This document shows, one piece after another, positions 11,238-25,600 of a DNA stretch of 64,000 nt; within the stretch, counting starts at the first letter, position 1; every line of letters begins with the position of its first letter. A program made the position numbers and the translations under genes. The DNA lies in contig NW_026262692.1 in assembly GCF_021869535.1 (NCBI RefSeq), forward strand, positions 1,736,001 to 1,800,000. The letters are read 5' to 3'. The notes below the pieces were generated by a model. The model made no database searches. It had not been told where the DNA came from and saw only the letters and a program-made list of their open reading frames with translations. This DNA is from Mytilus californianus. Lineage: Eukaryota.

Positions 11238-14200
11238 GGTATGTGTTTTTTTTTTTTTTTTTAAATAATCAGATAAGATTTTTTTTTCATCTGCTTTCGA
11301 TGTTTTATGTGTTAGCATGTAGCGTTATACGTCACCAATGCCATTTGAGTCGCAGCAATGACACACTCTATCGTCTCTTAAAAAGACAATTTTCCTGTCT
11401 CAACTGGAAATCGGTGACTACCACATCTAAATTTGCATAAATTATACAAATGGTAATTGACAAAATATTAAAATATTTTTCAAACTTAATTTTTGTCTTA
11501 AAAATTCTATAACATAACCCTTTTGGTGAAACATCTATATTTGACAAACATGACTGTCTACATTGGTCTTGTTATGTTTTGTTCAACACTTTTTGATACC
11601 CATATATTTTGAATTTGCTGAATACAAATCTATATAGCAGACAAGATATTTTACTTTCTTTATCAATTAATTATCTGCCCTGACATTTATCATTCCAACT
11701 TTTGCATTTAAGGATATTGGATATTTGCCAAGTTCTACATAAACAATGAAAATTTGAAGTGCTTTGTTTTTAATATAGAATTCATTATTTACAAAATCTG
11801 AAGTTGATACGTTTAAACAAATCACAATTTTCAAAACCCCAAATTTCTAAGTTATAAGAAGTGGCAACTCTGGTTTATCAAAAATATCGAACTAACACTT
11901 ATAGTTTTATAGATTTGTCTGCATTGTTTATAGGCAGAGTACATATATTTTTATACCTTGTTCATATAAATATTTATTTGATATCCAAAACGAACATGAA
12001 CGTCTTGCCAACATTTTACCAAGTGACTTGCAGTCTTTGAACTTTTCAATTTTATTATCGTTAATAAAAAAAAATCAAATTTTGTGGGATTTTACTACCT
12101 GAAAAAAAGAATAGTATTTTTTTCAACACTAACTTTTAACTTCCATGTTGTACAATACTTTTAGAAAGCATTTAACATATTCTGTAAATCAGAATTGGTT
12201 TCTGCTAATCAGTGTCATCAGCATATAAACATTACATTTCAACTATTTTTAAGTAAACTGTAGGTTTATTTTCCATATCTGACCTATAGATGTCAAACCA
12301 GTTAAATTTGTTCATTCAAGATATTCTGAGATCATTTACTAGATAAATAAAAAAATAAGGCAGGAGGATGATGTTCTGCCTGTCGAACACCGATTGCGCA
12401 CGAAATAACAACTTTCTCATTATATACGTAACTTTTTATTCTTGTACGTATTCTGCATAATTCGAAAAAATCCGTTCAAGCTATCATTCTACTGTTTGCA
12501 TAAATGTCAATTTCTCAGCGTAACATTGGACGCTCGTTGGAAATCAACATTCGTTCATTTGAGCACAGTGTAATTTTTTTTTTTTTATTTTTTTATTCAA
12601 AAGCTCTAATAATTAGTACAACGAAAATATATGATGATTTGTGATATACCATGTTTAAAACCTGTTTGATTTACGTGAAGGAATAAAAGTTGGTCAAGTA
12701 ATCGCATAGTTTTTCATTCAATATAGAAGTAAATATTTTCCAAAGGCAAAATACAAGTGTTATTAGCCCGTAGTTCCTCGGCTTTGATATATTATCTTTA
12801 TTTCTGAACACTTGAATTACATTTCCCATAAGCTATGCCTCAAATAAAAGAAAAACGGTATCAAAAATTAAATTGAAAAGATACACATCAACACCACAAA
12901 ATAAATCAGCAGTTGAATATATGTATTAAATAATTATCATATCATCACCAGGCGATTTAATATTTTTATGTATACTGTTAACTTTGATAACCACGTCTCT
13001 TGTAATACTATTGTTCAAAAAATCTCATCAAAATAAAAATTGAAAATAGGTTAGAGATTGTAAGTCGACCTCTTTTTTAACTCTCTTTTTCATGTTAAAT
13101 GTCTGTCAAAACAAGCAGTTTTTTTTTTTATTGTAAGTGTTACAATGTATCATTTTCTATATCACTATTAAAGAGACGAATGCTACTGGTCATAGTTTTC
13201 TTTTAATGTTTTTTTTTTTCTAGCTATTTCTCATCTTTACTTAGATATATTTGACCCATAGTGCTTATTTAATCTGAGTGATTTTCTATATAGATGCACA
13301 CTTTTAATACTATCGCGATTAAAAAGTTACTTATTATTATTTCTAGTATTCTTATTATTCTCATATTTTGATATATTGATATCAGCGCAAAACGTTTAAA
13401 AAGAATATTTGTTACATCATCTACTATAACTTTCATACAGTTTTGATCAACAACATCGACATTTACTCTCTTCTCTAATCAACGTGAAAATAAATCATCA
13501 ACTTCATTGATATTTCCATTACTTTTAAACTGTTATGATTTGTCCATGTTTCCATTTACTTGTAATTGTATATTCGGTATCTGATGAGACTTTTTCGACA
13601 TTAAACTCAAGAAATAATTGAACGTAAATATCTAAATAAAGATTGCAAAAACATAAAACTTCGAAATCTGTAATTTTACAAATCATATTTGCTGAACTTA
13701 TCGCATAATCAACAACAATAGAAGCCTATCTACTCTATTATAAATTAATCGTCCGTTTTGTTGGGTTTTTTTTACAAAAAAATAATAATTTGTTTTACCA
13801 AATGAGTTTACATAATTATCAGGTAAAGTCCGTTGTCCAGGAATATGAACATTACCTAAAATAACTACACCTAAAAGTCATTATAATTAAACAAATCATT
13901 AGGAAATCGATTATCAAAATCATTTACTTCCTAATGATCGGTACGATTCCCAGTGCGACTATAAAAATCGTTAAATAAAATAACATACGATGTATCTTTA
14001 ACAACACTGTGATACTCTTTTCTAAAATAGCATCAATTACAATATAAACTATGTTATTGGTTGGTATTTAATTAATTCAAAATAAAGCTTTTTATGCTAA
14101 AATAGAAGTGTTCCCGTTAATTTTGAAACAGTGTACAGATAATCAGTCCGTATTTAATGGATGCAACATTTTTAAAAGTGATTCAGTTAGGCCAAATGCA

Positions 14201-15859
14201 ATCCCACCTGATTACTAACGTCATCTTGATCGTCTTATTTTATTTTAGTAAACATGCTATGGTTTTGTAGATGTTTTTAAACTCGGTAAACACATTCCTA
14301 GTCTTCAGACCACATAATTCAAAACATAACTTCAAATTGTAAATAACGTTAAACATTGATTACATAAGCTGTATTATGCAAGATCGTTTATAATGTCGGG
14401 TCCGCAATGGTCTTCAACTTCATCATTTGTTTTGCCTTTTTAATTTTTTTATTAGAGCGTCACTAGTGTGTCTTTCATAGACGAAAAACGCGTCTGGCCT
14501 ACAAATTTGAATGCTGGTATATATGATGATTTTTTTACTGCTGCTGTTACTTTAAATAATAAAAGTCTATTCCCGTAGATTTGATAAAAAAAAAGTCATG
14601 TGATCCTTACCGATACACTGATGTGTGGCTATTTTTGAGCTCGAGTCGCATGTTCAATGTTTTTTCTTGGGCGCACTCCTTAGCAAATACAGCCGTCTTC
14701 AAGTTTTCTATTCATCTCTCCATCGGCCAAATGCATTCGGTACCATCTATTAACAGTTTGTGTTTTTGAAATTGCTTTTACGCTTTTTTTTACTTTGCGG
14801 TATTCAAGAATGGTCATAATGATTGGCGGGGTTCGCCTTTTTTGGGGGGTATTGTATCTTGACACCAAAACAGAACACACAGCTTCCTTGTTCATGACGT
14901 TTTAAAGCGACTAACAATTAGCATTGCTTTAAAATGAGTTATACCACTCCGTTCTTAACAACCGAATCTGTTCCAAAACTATGTACACTACAAAACTCTA
15001 TTGGGGGTCCACCTCATCTCCATTGCAACAATTCTTAAAGTTGAGGCCTCCGTGTCTTTAGATTCTTGATTAAGAACGAATTGATGTAAACATCACACAT
15101 TTTCTCATTCTTGTTTGTAAGTTTAAATGAAGCTCAATAGGTCCCTCTGCAGCTGACCAACATCTTTGGTCACTTCATCATGCTGTGTCCTTAGCCCTAA
15201 AACTGATGTTGTTAATTCTCCTTTTTCGATTTTACTAGATTCAATTTGTGATTCATCAATGAAAATGCCTTTTTCAAAAATCGTTCATGCGCATAGTAAT
15301 TTTGTCAACATTTCTTACAGGAAAGCTCATAGTGGCTTCATTATTTTACCATTAACATTATCGAATGGAGTTCCTGAAACATATGTGCTGGGTTAGTGCG
15401 TACGGCAAAAATGTGAAACAATCAAAGCAAAATAAATCAAATAGCCTGATTTATAACAAAACAATAAACAAAAACAAATATTACAGACAACAATGAACGA
15501 CAATCACTGAATTACAGGTTCGAGAATTGGGACAGGCACAATAGAATATGTAAAACCTACTTGTAAGCGCACAACCCTCCTCTTACCGTGAAAAAATAAA
15601 TAAAACAGCAAACCATAAAAACAAAGCGTAAAAGAAAGTGGAAAATGTTTGACTCATCGAACTAGCACAAAGCACAAAGAAAACCAAAATTTACACAAAG
15701 TACTGATTTATGAGTATTCGCAGTAACTGAAAGCTAGTTCAAAATCTATTTCAAATAACAGATAAACTATATATTCCTTGACTAAAATAAGAAGGCATCA
15801 AATCAGTACATATCCAACACACATTTTTGTTAATCTAATGGAATTCTATGAAACAGTCA

Positions 15860-16065
15860 TACAAGTGGGAGGTTAAGCTAGATATATATACAACCAGGTT
15901 TAATCTACTTTTTTCTACATAAGGAAATCCCTGTACCAAGTCAGGAATATGGCAGCTGTTTTCCATGTGTTTGATGTGTTTGTGCTTTTGATTTTGCCAT
16001 TTTATAAAGGACTTTCCGTTTTAAATATCCATTGGAGTTCGGTATTTTTGTTATTTTACTGTTTA
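15860..16065 (+). mobile_element. Short abundant repeat (CATACAAGTGAGAGGTTTAGCTAGCTA...GGAGTTCGGTATTTTTG), probably PLE 3' ends; other copies at about 22150-22430, 29070-29330, 30974-31230, 32390-32600, 33060-33255 and 61088-61289
   Basis: Recurrent ~200-bp block; contiguous with the PLE coding remnant at 30974-31755. Confidence 0.7.
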
Positions 16066-16426
16066 TCTAATATATATTTAATTTTAAAACGTCGTAAACA
16101 GTATGCTTCAAACATGACTTTGCGCAATGCCAAACTATACGTATCGAGAAGATGTACATATAGGACCATAAGTTGTGTGTATTGTTGTTTCTGTTTAGTT
16201 TTATTTTATTTCATTTTTTTTTCAGGGCCGGGGTCTTGTTTGGAGATAGCAATACTTTAGTCCCTATTCAGAGTATATTATAACCAAAAACACGTCAATT
16301 GGTATAAGATTCATCTAATGTTTAAGTAATATTTTTTTCTGTTTTAAGGTATAAAAAATTAACTGTAGGAACATAACGAGATGTAAATTTATTGGCTTTG
16401 GGTAGACATCATTTTTCCATTTCGCA

Positions 16427-16602
16427 TTATTCGTCAATATCTGATAATGTTGGTTCGAAATCGGATACCTGGGACGCTAAGTCATTTTGTGTTAAGAAAG
16501 TATCAACTGTAGAACCGGTGCTAAGGTGTTGTTGGCTAGCATAAACTACACGCCGGTGTAATGAACGTGGATGGACGCAGGTTTCTTCAACAATAGGTCC
16601 AT
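16427..16602 (-). CDS. SHFL: SHFL-A coding exon 7 (terminal)
   Basis: tag|[15 protein letters not shown]...[14 protein letters not shown]...SDIDE TAA, 176 nt. Confidence 0.9.
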
Positions 16603-19600
16603 CTAAAATTAGGAATTAAAATACGTATCAATTGAAAATGAAGTAGAGACCAAACTGAGAATAAACAGCTTTGAAATCAGACTTGATTCATAAAACAAAT
16701 TTGTTAAACTAAAACAACATTAAAGTAGTCATATTTACATTATTAAAAATGCGTATCAAGTGGTGTATCGGTGGGTCATTATTTAGTTTATAACAGTAAA
16801 CGAACGACTTGATATGGATGTATAAGTGGTTGAACTAGTTTCGCTCTGAATTCATTTCAACTGACAATTTACTATTTCTTTCATCGAACATGAATCTTAT
16901 TAAGAAAACGGACATTGCTATAATACATATTTGCGTTATCGGTTATTAATCATTTTTAATAAAAGGGTTGATCGGGATATAGAATTCTTGTCACCTGGAC
17001 TTCTCCAATCTATATGTTAATTTAGGGTTAAAGAACGTATTCGTTTGGGTATGCGGGGTGTGGTAATCATGGCCATGTCCGGTTAGAATGGGGATGTTAA
17101 ATCTGTAGCCTCGTGTTAAGGGAAAACGAACTATTCTCTCTCTTTCTTTCTCGTTCATTTTAATAATATCTTGCAACAACTCTTTTATTGATTAATAGGT
17201 TACTTATGAGTTTGAATGTCTCTTTGATAAATTTCGCCTCGCTATTATCAAGTACAAGACAAACATTAATCATCGTATCTAAAATACTTTATTTCTAGAT
17301 TGCACTCTCTTAATTATATGTCAATCCATACCGCAGAGACTGCCTACCGAATGGTTAAATGGTTATGCATGAATAGTTACGTTAAGCAAAGAACAATCAA
17401 TCAGTTGTTTTACTAATCACAGGACATGTAACGACGACAAAAATGTTATACCTTCACCTATTGATTACTTTGTTAAAAACATGGTAGTGCTGTATTTAAA
17501 GAGTAATGTAAACAATTGTTTATTGATGGAAATTAGTTTATTAATTACAGAATGCATCTCCGGAAACAGTTGACACTGATATTTACATTTAGTTTTGTCA
17601 CACAAGTTGTTAATCAGGCCTTTAATCCCTTTAATCAGGCTTTGAGAACGCTAAAACACAGTAAATATTAGATATTTCTATCAGAACATTTGATTTTTTT
17701 AACGTATTCAAATTTCCAGAATGTCTGTCTGATAATACCTCATAAAGGTTATTCAATCAACCAACTAGTGTCATGCGCACTGAAATAATAATCATACGTC
17801 TCTATTACATGCGGCAGATATCAATCGTTACAACTAGTGTCATGCGCACTGAAATGAATATCATGATAAATAAGAAGATGTGGTATGAGTGCCATGAGAC
17901 AACTCTCCATCCATGTCACAATGTATTAAAAGTTAAGTCTATAATATCTAGTGAAGATATCAATCGTAGCAACTAAAAAGGGTTTCTTAAGTAACTTATG
18001 ACGTCAATGCACTTCATTTGGGCCGCTGTAATGATATTGTTGGCAATCAACAAACCTGCACGATTGAAGCAGTTCCGACAGAGACATGAATGCACATTTC
18101 TGGATCTTCTTCCTTCTAACCTCCGTCTTGGCAGAATTGAGTTCGGCGAACATACCGTGCTACATCTGTAACAAGGACTGGAAGCGACTCCCATTTGTCC
18201 AAATCCTCTGTAATAGTTTATAACTGAATATATTTATAAGTTTCTCCTATGCTCTAAAGTATTGTTCGTTACATACATTCATAACAACTTTTCCCCTGTC
18301 TGTTCTATTAAGCTCGGAATTTATATTTTACAATATCATTCAAAAGAATAAATCATAAATACACAGGAAAATACATATTCGAAGCAAGTTGTATATTTAG
18401 ATAAGATATTCGAAGCTATACTTTATTCAAAAAAGATATTCGACGCATTAAGACTGCAGCAAAATGTTGTTGGTCATATCTTAATGCACTAAATTTCACG
18501 TCAAAAGTCTGACAATTCTAAAAACTGAGCACACACACTTGTCTCTTATACATATACATAGAAATAAAGGCAACAGTAGTATGCCGCTGTTAAATAGTCA
18601 CAAATTGATTAAGCAAAAACAAACTAAAATCGAGGAAAACACATCAGCTATAAGAGAAAAACAACGGAACAACAGAAACACTGAACTGCAACAAAAACAA
18701 ACTAAACCATTAACCTGAAAAGGTATGTGGAGTATTTTTTCTCAGACACCATAGTGCCTGTGAAATTAAGATAACATAAAATATATGCAATGTAAAACAT
18801 AACAATGGCACAGAAACGGATATAAAACAGGGAAGAAATGTCAATGATAACTATACAAGCATAATTTTACAATTGGAGACGCAAATCCTTTCGGTGCATG
18901 AAACAGACGGACGCCGAAGGGATATAATCTATATCACACCTTTTGACAGGTAATGAAATTAGCTATATATATTTCGAGACTCCCTATTAAAGTATGATAC
19001 GTTACAATGGAACGAAGAGTTCAGGGATAAAGTGACTGAAGATTTAATATATTAAGAACATAAGTTGGAAGAACTATACCAAAGTATTACAGAAAATGAC
19101 AATTCTATTAATAACACTGTGAATAAAATAAATGTATTTTGACTGATATTTTTCAAAAACAATACACACAAAGAAGTAGAACAAACGATACTTTGTGATA
19201 ATTACACGGAAAAAATCAGAACTTTAAAAAAGACAAACTATGGATAACGATCAATTGTAAGATACTGTATAAGAACTACTAGCATGCCTTAATGAAGTTT
19301 AACAGTAATCACTCCGAGGAGAATAGACTGAAACTGAACTTAGATAAAATAGAATAGGAATGGACTAAATAGTTAACAAACATAGTATTGAAAGCATGCC
19401 AGTATGACTACCTTTTATATTTTAAATTGTGGGTTAATTGATTATAAAAATTGCGTTTTAAAATGTTATGCATGCTAAGTTATGGATCAAATTAGTTAAA
19501 TGTGGTATGCATGAACCAGTAATTCAATGTTGTCGATTGTTGCTATATATCATATTTGTGTTCATTCATTGTTTTGTACATAATTCAGGCAGTTAGTATT

Positions 19601-22600
19601 CTCTTTTGAATTATTTTACATTTGTTTTTTCAGGGCCTTTTATAGCTGACTATGGGGTATGGGTTTTGTTCATTGTTGAAGACCGTACGGTGACTTATAG
19701 TTATTAGCTTCTATGTCATTTGGTCTCTGGTGGAGAGTTGTCTCATTGGCAATCTTACCACATCTTCTTATTTTTATATAACTGAAAACTGTTTAAAGGG
19801 GCACTAGCTACGAAATATGAAAAAATTAGAATATGATTTCGTTTGGATCAATCATTAATAAAAGTGAAATATAATGAAATAATAATTCGTTTTTAGCAGA
19901 CAATTTGGTTCAATTTTGTCAAAATTAGCAAAGAAATATTGGTGATGAATTATTAACTTGCAAGTGAATAATGCGACCCAATTATATCCGTATTCATGTG
20001 ACCTTCAATTTAACCCATTAGATAGAGATTGTTTACGCATGCATAAGTCGTGTTCAGCCATTAGAAGGAAAAGAATGTCAACATTGAAAGTGAAACAAAG
20101 GTGAATCATTTCGTTGATTGATTCGACTGACAAAAAAATCATTCTGATACAGGTAAAAACGTTAATCAACTTATTTTTTTACCTATAAAATGAAATCAAA
20201 CAGACCTATAAAAATCCAAATGCAAGAGGTCGGTAGGCTATTTATATTTATGTTTATGTTTATATCGTGTTATGTGACCATCGGCAGTATTCGGAGGTCA
20301 TCTTGATAGTTAATTAGATGGCGTCTAAACCAAAATACACACGAAATTCTAATATATATTATCGTGTACATGCATTGTTAACTGCTTATTTCAGACTTAT
20401 TGTAATTTGGATATACGTTTTAGTATGTTATAAATCAAATATGAGAATTTGAGCAAAATCGGTGAACATGGATTTGACAGCTAGTGCCCCTTTAATCTAA
20501 TAATATCAATGCATTCAAACTTTAAATCACGTGTTAAAAATGAAGGAAATTTTTCTGAGATTGTTACATTTAGACTCTTCATTTTTATTTTTAAAGTGAA
20601 TTTTCAAAATGAAAATAGTACTACAGATTACATGATGTATTTTGAAATATGTAGAGCTCCATTGCATGTATGGGTGTATTGTAAATTGATGAAGTTGGTG
20701 TAAATTGTTAACAAATAACAATTATATTCAAGAAAGTGCTGGCGGCTAGATATGTTAAAAGTAAAAATAAATTGATTTGGTCGTGTAAAACAAGAGATTT
20801 ATTATGTTATTATGGCTTAAGTAATGTATGGTTGACAAACATTTTTTTTAAATGAAAATGGCTTATAGCTGGATTCAAACAGCGTGTAACTGATAGATTT
20901 ATAACCAATACAATGTCATTTCTAGGGGTTTCTTTTAAGGTCAGTTTTACAAAAATATAATTGTATGACAGTCATGGTTTACCGTTTTATCTAAGTATAC
21001 CTGTTAATTTTAGATATGAACCATTTTTAGGAAAGGATCCTTTACATGCAAATAAAATTGAGAATGGAAATGGTGAATGATTCAAAGAGAAAACAATCCG
21101 ACCAAAGATCATAAAACAGGCCACCAATGGGTCTTCAACTCAGCGAGAAAATAATCTATATATTGAAACTGGTTTTTAAATATCTACGGAAACGCTAAAA
21201 TATGTAATATTCTATTGAAGATGAACATCATTTCATTGTCGAAAGCATTATACATAAAGATATTCGAATGAATTTTATGGAACTATATAACTGGAGAAAT
21301 CCGTCGGGATTTAAACTTATGAAATTTTTATCGGTTCGTTATATATAAAAAAAAACTTATTAATATTGGAAATGTGTATGTATGCCGACAAAAATTGTTG
21401 AATGTGTATATCATGCTCCTCTTTAAAAATAAGGAGATAAGGTATGATTGCCAATTAAACAACTTTCCATCAAACTTCAAATATAGTGGATATAAGCAAT
21501 TATAGGCAACCGTACGGCCTTCAACAATGCGAAAAACCCATACCGTATAGTCGGCTATAAAAGGCTATATAATCCCAGATTGTATTAAATTGTATTATCT
21601 AATACCTTGCTCCCAGATTGGTTTTCAATTGTAAACATGAATAACTATATTGTACTATGTGATGCTTACTATATTTAATATAATATTCATTGCACTTGAT
21701 ACCTATAAGCTGTATTACCTTTGGACGAAAGAATATAAACATATATTTCACACTCTTTATTGAAAGTATAACATTTTGTACCCATAAATATAAATATATC
21801 GATTTTTATTTGAAATGATGGATAAATCTTTATAACAAAATCATAAGCATGCTATGCTTCAATTGCAGATTTATAAACAAGGTATACCACCAAGATTAAC
21901 ATGTGTAAGTATTAATAAGGATAAATGATTGATGAACGACTAACTTAAAACCTGCAATTAATTTCGTATTGGGTATAATGAACATTTTTTGGTCATTTAT
22001 TTTTTGTATTCTTGTCTTTCATTTTTTAGTATGTGCTTTGTCTTTTCCTATAGAGTGTCTATGTGCCATTTTCTTTTTCTTTGTCGACATATTTGTGTGT
22101 TTTTATGGTGATTAAGATCATAAGACAATATTGACTGCTGTACCCCCCAATGTTTGACATTTTCCCTAGTATGTCTGTTTGTTTTGTTAGACAGTATTGT
22201 CAATATAATGGAATTATATGCGACTGTCATACAAGTGAGAGGTTTAGCTAGCTATACAACCGGGGTTAATCCACCATTTTCTACATAAGGAAATGCCTGT
22301 ACCAAGTCAGGATATTGACAGTTGGTTTCCATTCGTTTGATGTGTTTGAGCTTTTGATTTTGCCATTTGATAAGGTACTTTCCGACTTGAATTTTCCTTG
22401 GAGTTCGGTATTTTAGTTATTTTACTTTTGTTCAATACCTTCATTATGTTTAATCTTTAAATGTAAGATTTTCTATCCGTAAATCTACTTTATGTACCGT
22501 GTGTATATTTTGTATGCGTGGTTTGATTTGTTTAGGTTCTCTCAAACTCAAAAAAAAAATACATAGATATAAGAAGATGTGGTATGAGTGCCAATGAGAC

Positions 22601-25600
22601 AACTCTCCATCCAAGTCACAATTTATAAAAGTAAACCATTATAGGTCACAGTACGGCCTTCAACACGGAGCATTGGCTCACACCGAACAGCAAGCTATAA
22701 ATGGCCCCAAAAATTACTAGTGTAAAACATCATGGATTGATGAGTTCTAGACTAATTTCTTTTGAAATTCGTACTGTTCTACTAGTAAATATTTTCTATT
22801 GTAGTAATGAAGTATGAAGAATACATTTAATTGTACAATTGTTATAAAATAGTATTAATCAAAGATAATATATATATATTAAACACTATCACTTGCTGTA
22901 CATGACAAAATATTAACAAACGTATTCTCGAATATTGACAATGACATTTTCTTCCTATCAGAGAACAGATCAGCTATAACACCAAAACTGTTATAATAGA
23001 TTAGCATCGATAGGGTCAAAGGTAACGAATTCCAAACTATAATCAAATGCGTTGAAAAAAGCAAGCATATGTGCAGTTCTTTTCAATATTTCCGTTTTTG
23101 AGTAAACCGTTTGATTTTGATAAAGTAAGAAAAGCAACTCTACGAAAGGTGAATAAATAGGCTGTTACATTTGACTGTGAAATATATCTGCTTTGCTTTT
23201 TGAATTATGCTTAGTTGATATACAATATACTTCTACATGTTGTATATATCTGAAATTTATTAACACTTTGTTATTCGTCTTGTTGAATACTATACATACC
23301 TGAAGACATTTCCACAAAGTTGACAATGAAATTCCGCTCTTCCCCATTCGTATTCTGTCGGTACTGCTTCGTATCGTATGTAACATCGCACACACCTCGA
23401 TACCTGTTTAAGTATTGATACCTGCATTATTTGTTTATTTTGTAGTCTAGTATAACATGTTTTGTTCATAACAAGAGTTGTTTGTTATTTTGTTTGTTTT
23501 AATTTTTGTATGTGTTATATAAGTTAAACCTGATATACAGGTCACCCCTATTAAACGATTAAACTAGTAAAACTGGAGAAGCTCGAACAAATAGAAGGGG
23601 AATCAGCTAACACTTGCCTGTTCACAGAATACCACTCTAAACGCAAACAACAATAAAATACGATGTTCTGTTTCTTTCAGAAGTCAAACGAGATTGTTCA
23701 ATATTTGTCACTACTTGAAGTCAAACATAACACGGCCGTTAAATAATGACAATATACTCTCAGAGCATATTAAGTAACGTCCTTTATTTTTCTAAAACCT
23801 CGAATGAAATAAAACTTTACCAGCTTGCGGTTAGGAACTTTTCTCCACCAGACATTGTCACACGTAATGCATGCAAACTGTCTCTCTTGTTTTGGAATAG
23901 TTCCTTGTCGTATTAAGTCTTTCCATATTTGATTATTTTTTATAACTTGCCACTGCAATAAAATATTAATATATTTAAGAAAAACTGTTGTATTTCAATA
24001 ACATAAAGCTTGTTTAAAAAACTATAAGAAACTTTTTCCGTTATTAGACTGTCATTTATTAGTATATATGATGTTTTTTAAAATTGTGTCTTACATGTTT
24101 ACTGTATGGCTTCAAACTTTGTCAATTTCGTGCAATCTCCAAAAAATGCCAAAACTAGTCCTTTTTGATTTATGACAGATTAGCATAATTTTTTAGATAT
24201 GAGTCAAAATCTGTCAAAAAAGAGAAAATAGCCTTAGTTCATATATCATTCACCATATTTTTAATCGAAATGTCACTTTATATAATAATATAAAACTTTC
24301 TAAAATATAATTTTTGTTCTCATTAATTGAAATTCAAAAAAGAATTATCATAACACTTTCCATTAACACATATAATTAAATACTTTCAAATATATATTCA
24401 GCTAAACGTACCGTTTGGTTTTCTGTCCCAATAACATCTCTGACTGTCTCAGGCTCCTCTGAAATACAAGTCTTATGACAGGAGAATATTCAAAACATTA
24501 CGCATAAGAAAAACGTTACTGCAACAAGAAATAAAAATGTAATAATGAAATTGTTTTTTAAACAAACATTTTGTTCATAAAATTGTTTGATGATTCGATT
24601 GGGCAGTAGATATAGGGTAGTTAAACACGATTTCCTCTTTCGATCAGGTGCTAAGCTCTCATTACGTTAGCACTACCAAACATGGCATCATGTGTTAGGA
24701 AAAAATAATAATGTATCGACTATCATCACCTTTTAGAGCTTTACCTCATCAGCTTATGTTACTGACTTGTTGACTTGAATAACCATGCAATACTTGTTCA
24801 ATGATATATAGCTAGCAATAAATGAGAAATGTCAGGAGATGTGACAAGATTGCCATTTAGACAACTACTCATCAGTTACCAAATAACGTGGATGTTTTCA
24901 ATTATCGTTCACTGTCCAAAATTCAACGACGAGCTAGACCCATACCGTATAGTCAGTTATGTATAAAAGGCCCCGGCATGACGAAATTTGAAGCAACACA
25001 AACGAGAAACCAACGGCCTGATTTCTGCTTAAAGAATAAACGATAAAAATAAAATAGCATACAGCAACCAACGAAACACACTTAGTAACATGTACCAGTT
25101 CCTGTCTTTCGAAGGTACAAAAAGCATGTTGTGCGGTCAAACATATTTGTGAGCGTTCACCAACATCTCCGAATCACCTCTCTCACTCATGTGTGCGTTT
25201 TCCTTTGTATGTTGTAAAATTGACAGTTAAAAAAAAAGACGAATTTATATTTCAAGTAACAGTAGATTGCTGATTCTGTACTATTTTATGATTAAACATG
25301 TCTAATGCAATACAATATTACTTTACATGAATTAGTAATTTTGATTAACAGACAACAACTGTAACATGTGTAAGGCATTCAAGAGTTTAAAGTCTATTTC
25401 TCAATGAAATTTAACATTCATGACTGCACGCGCGTGCTCCACATGACAAACTTACAACAATGCATTGGAAAATAAACGAATGGTTTTATTTGGAATTATA
25501 ATCTCACGGTTATAGCAGAAAATAAAAATATTTTTATATGAATTCAATGTTTCTCGATTAGTGTTGGAAAAACGGTGATCGTGTGCATATTATAAGTGGA

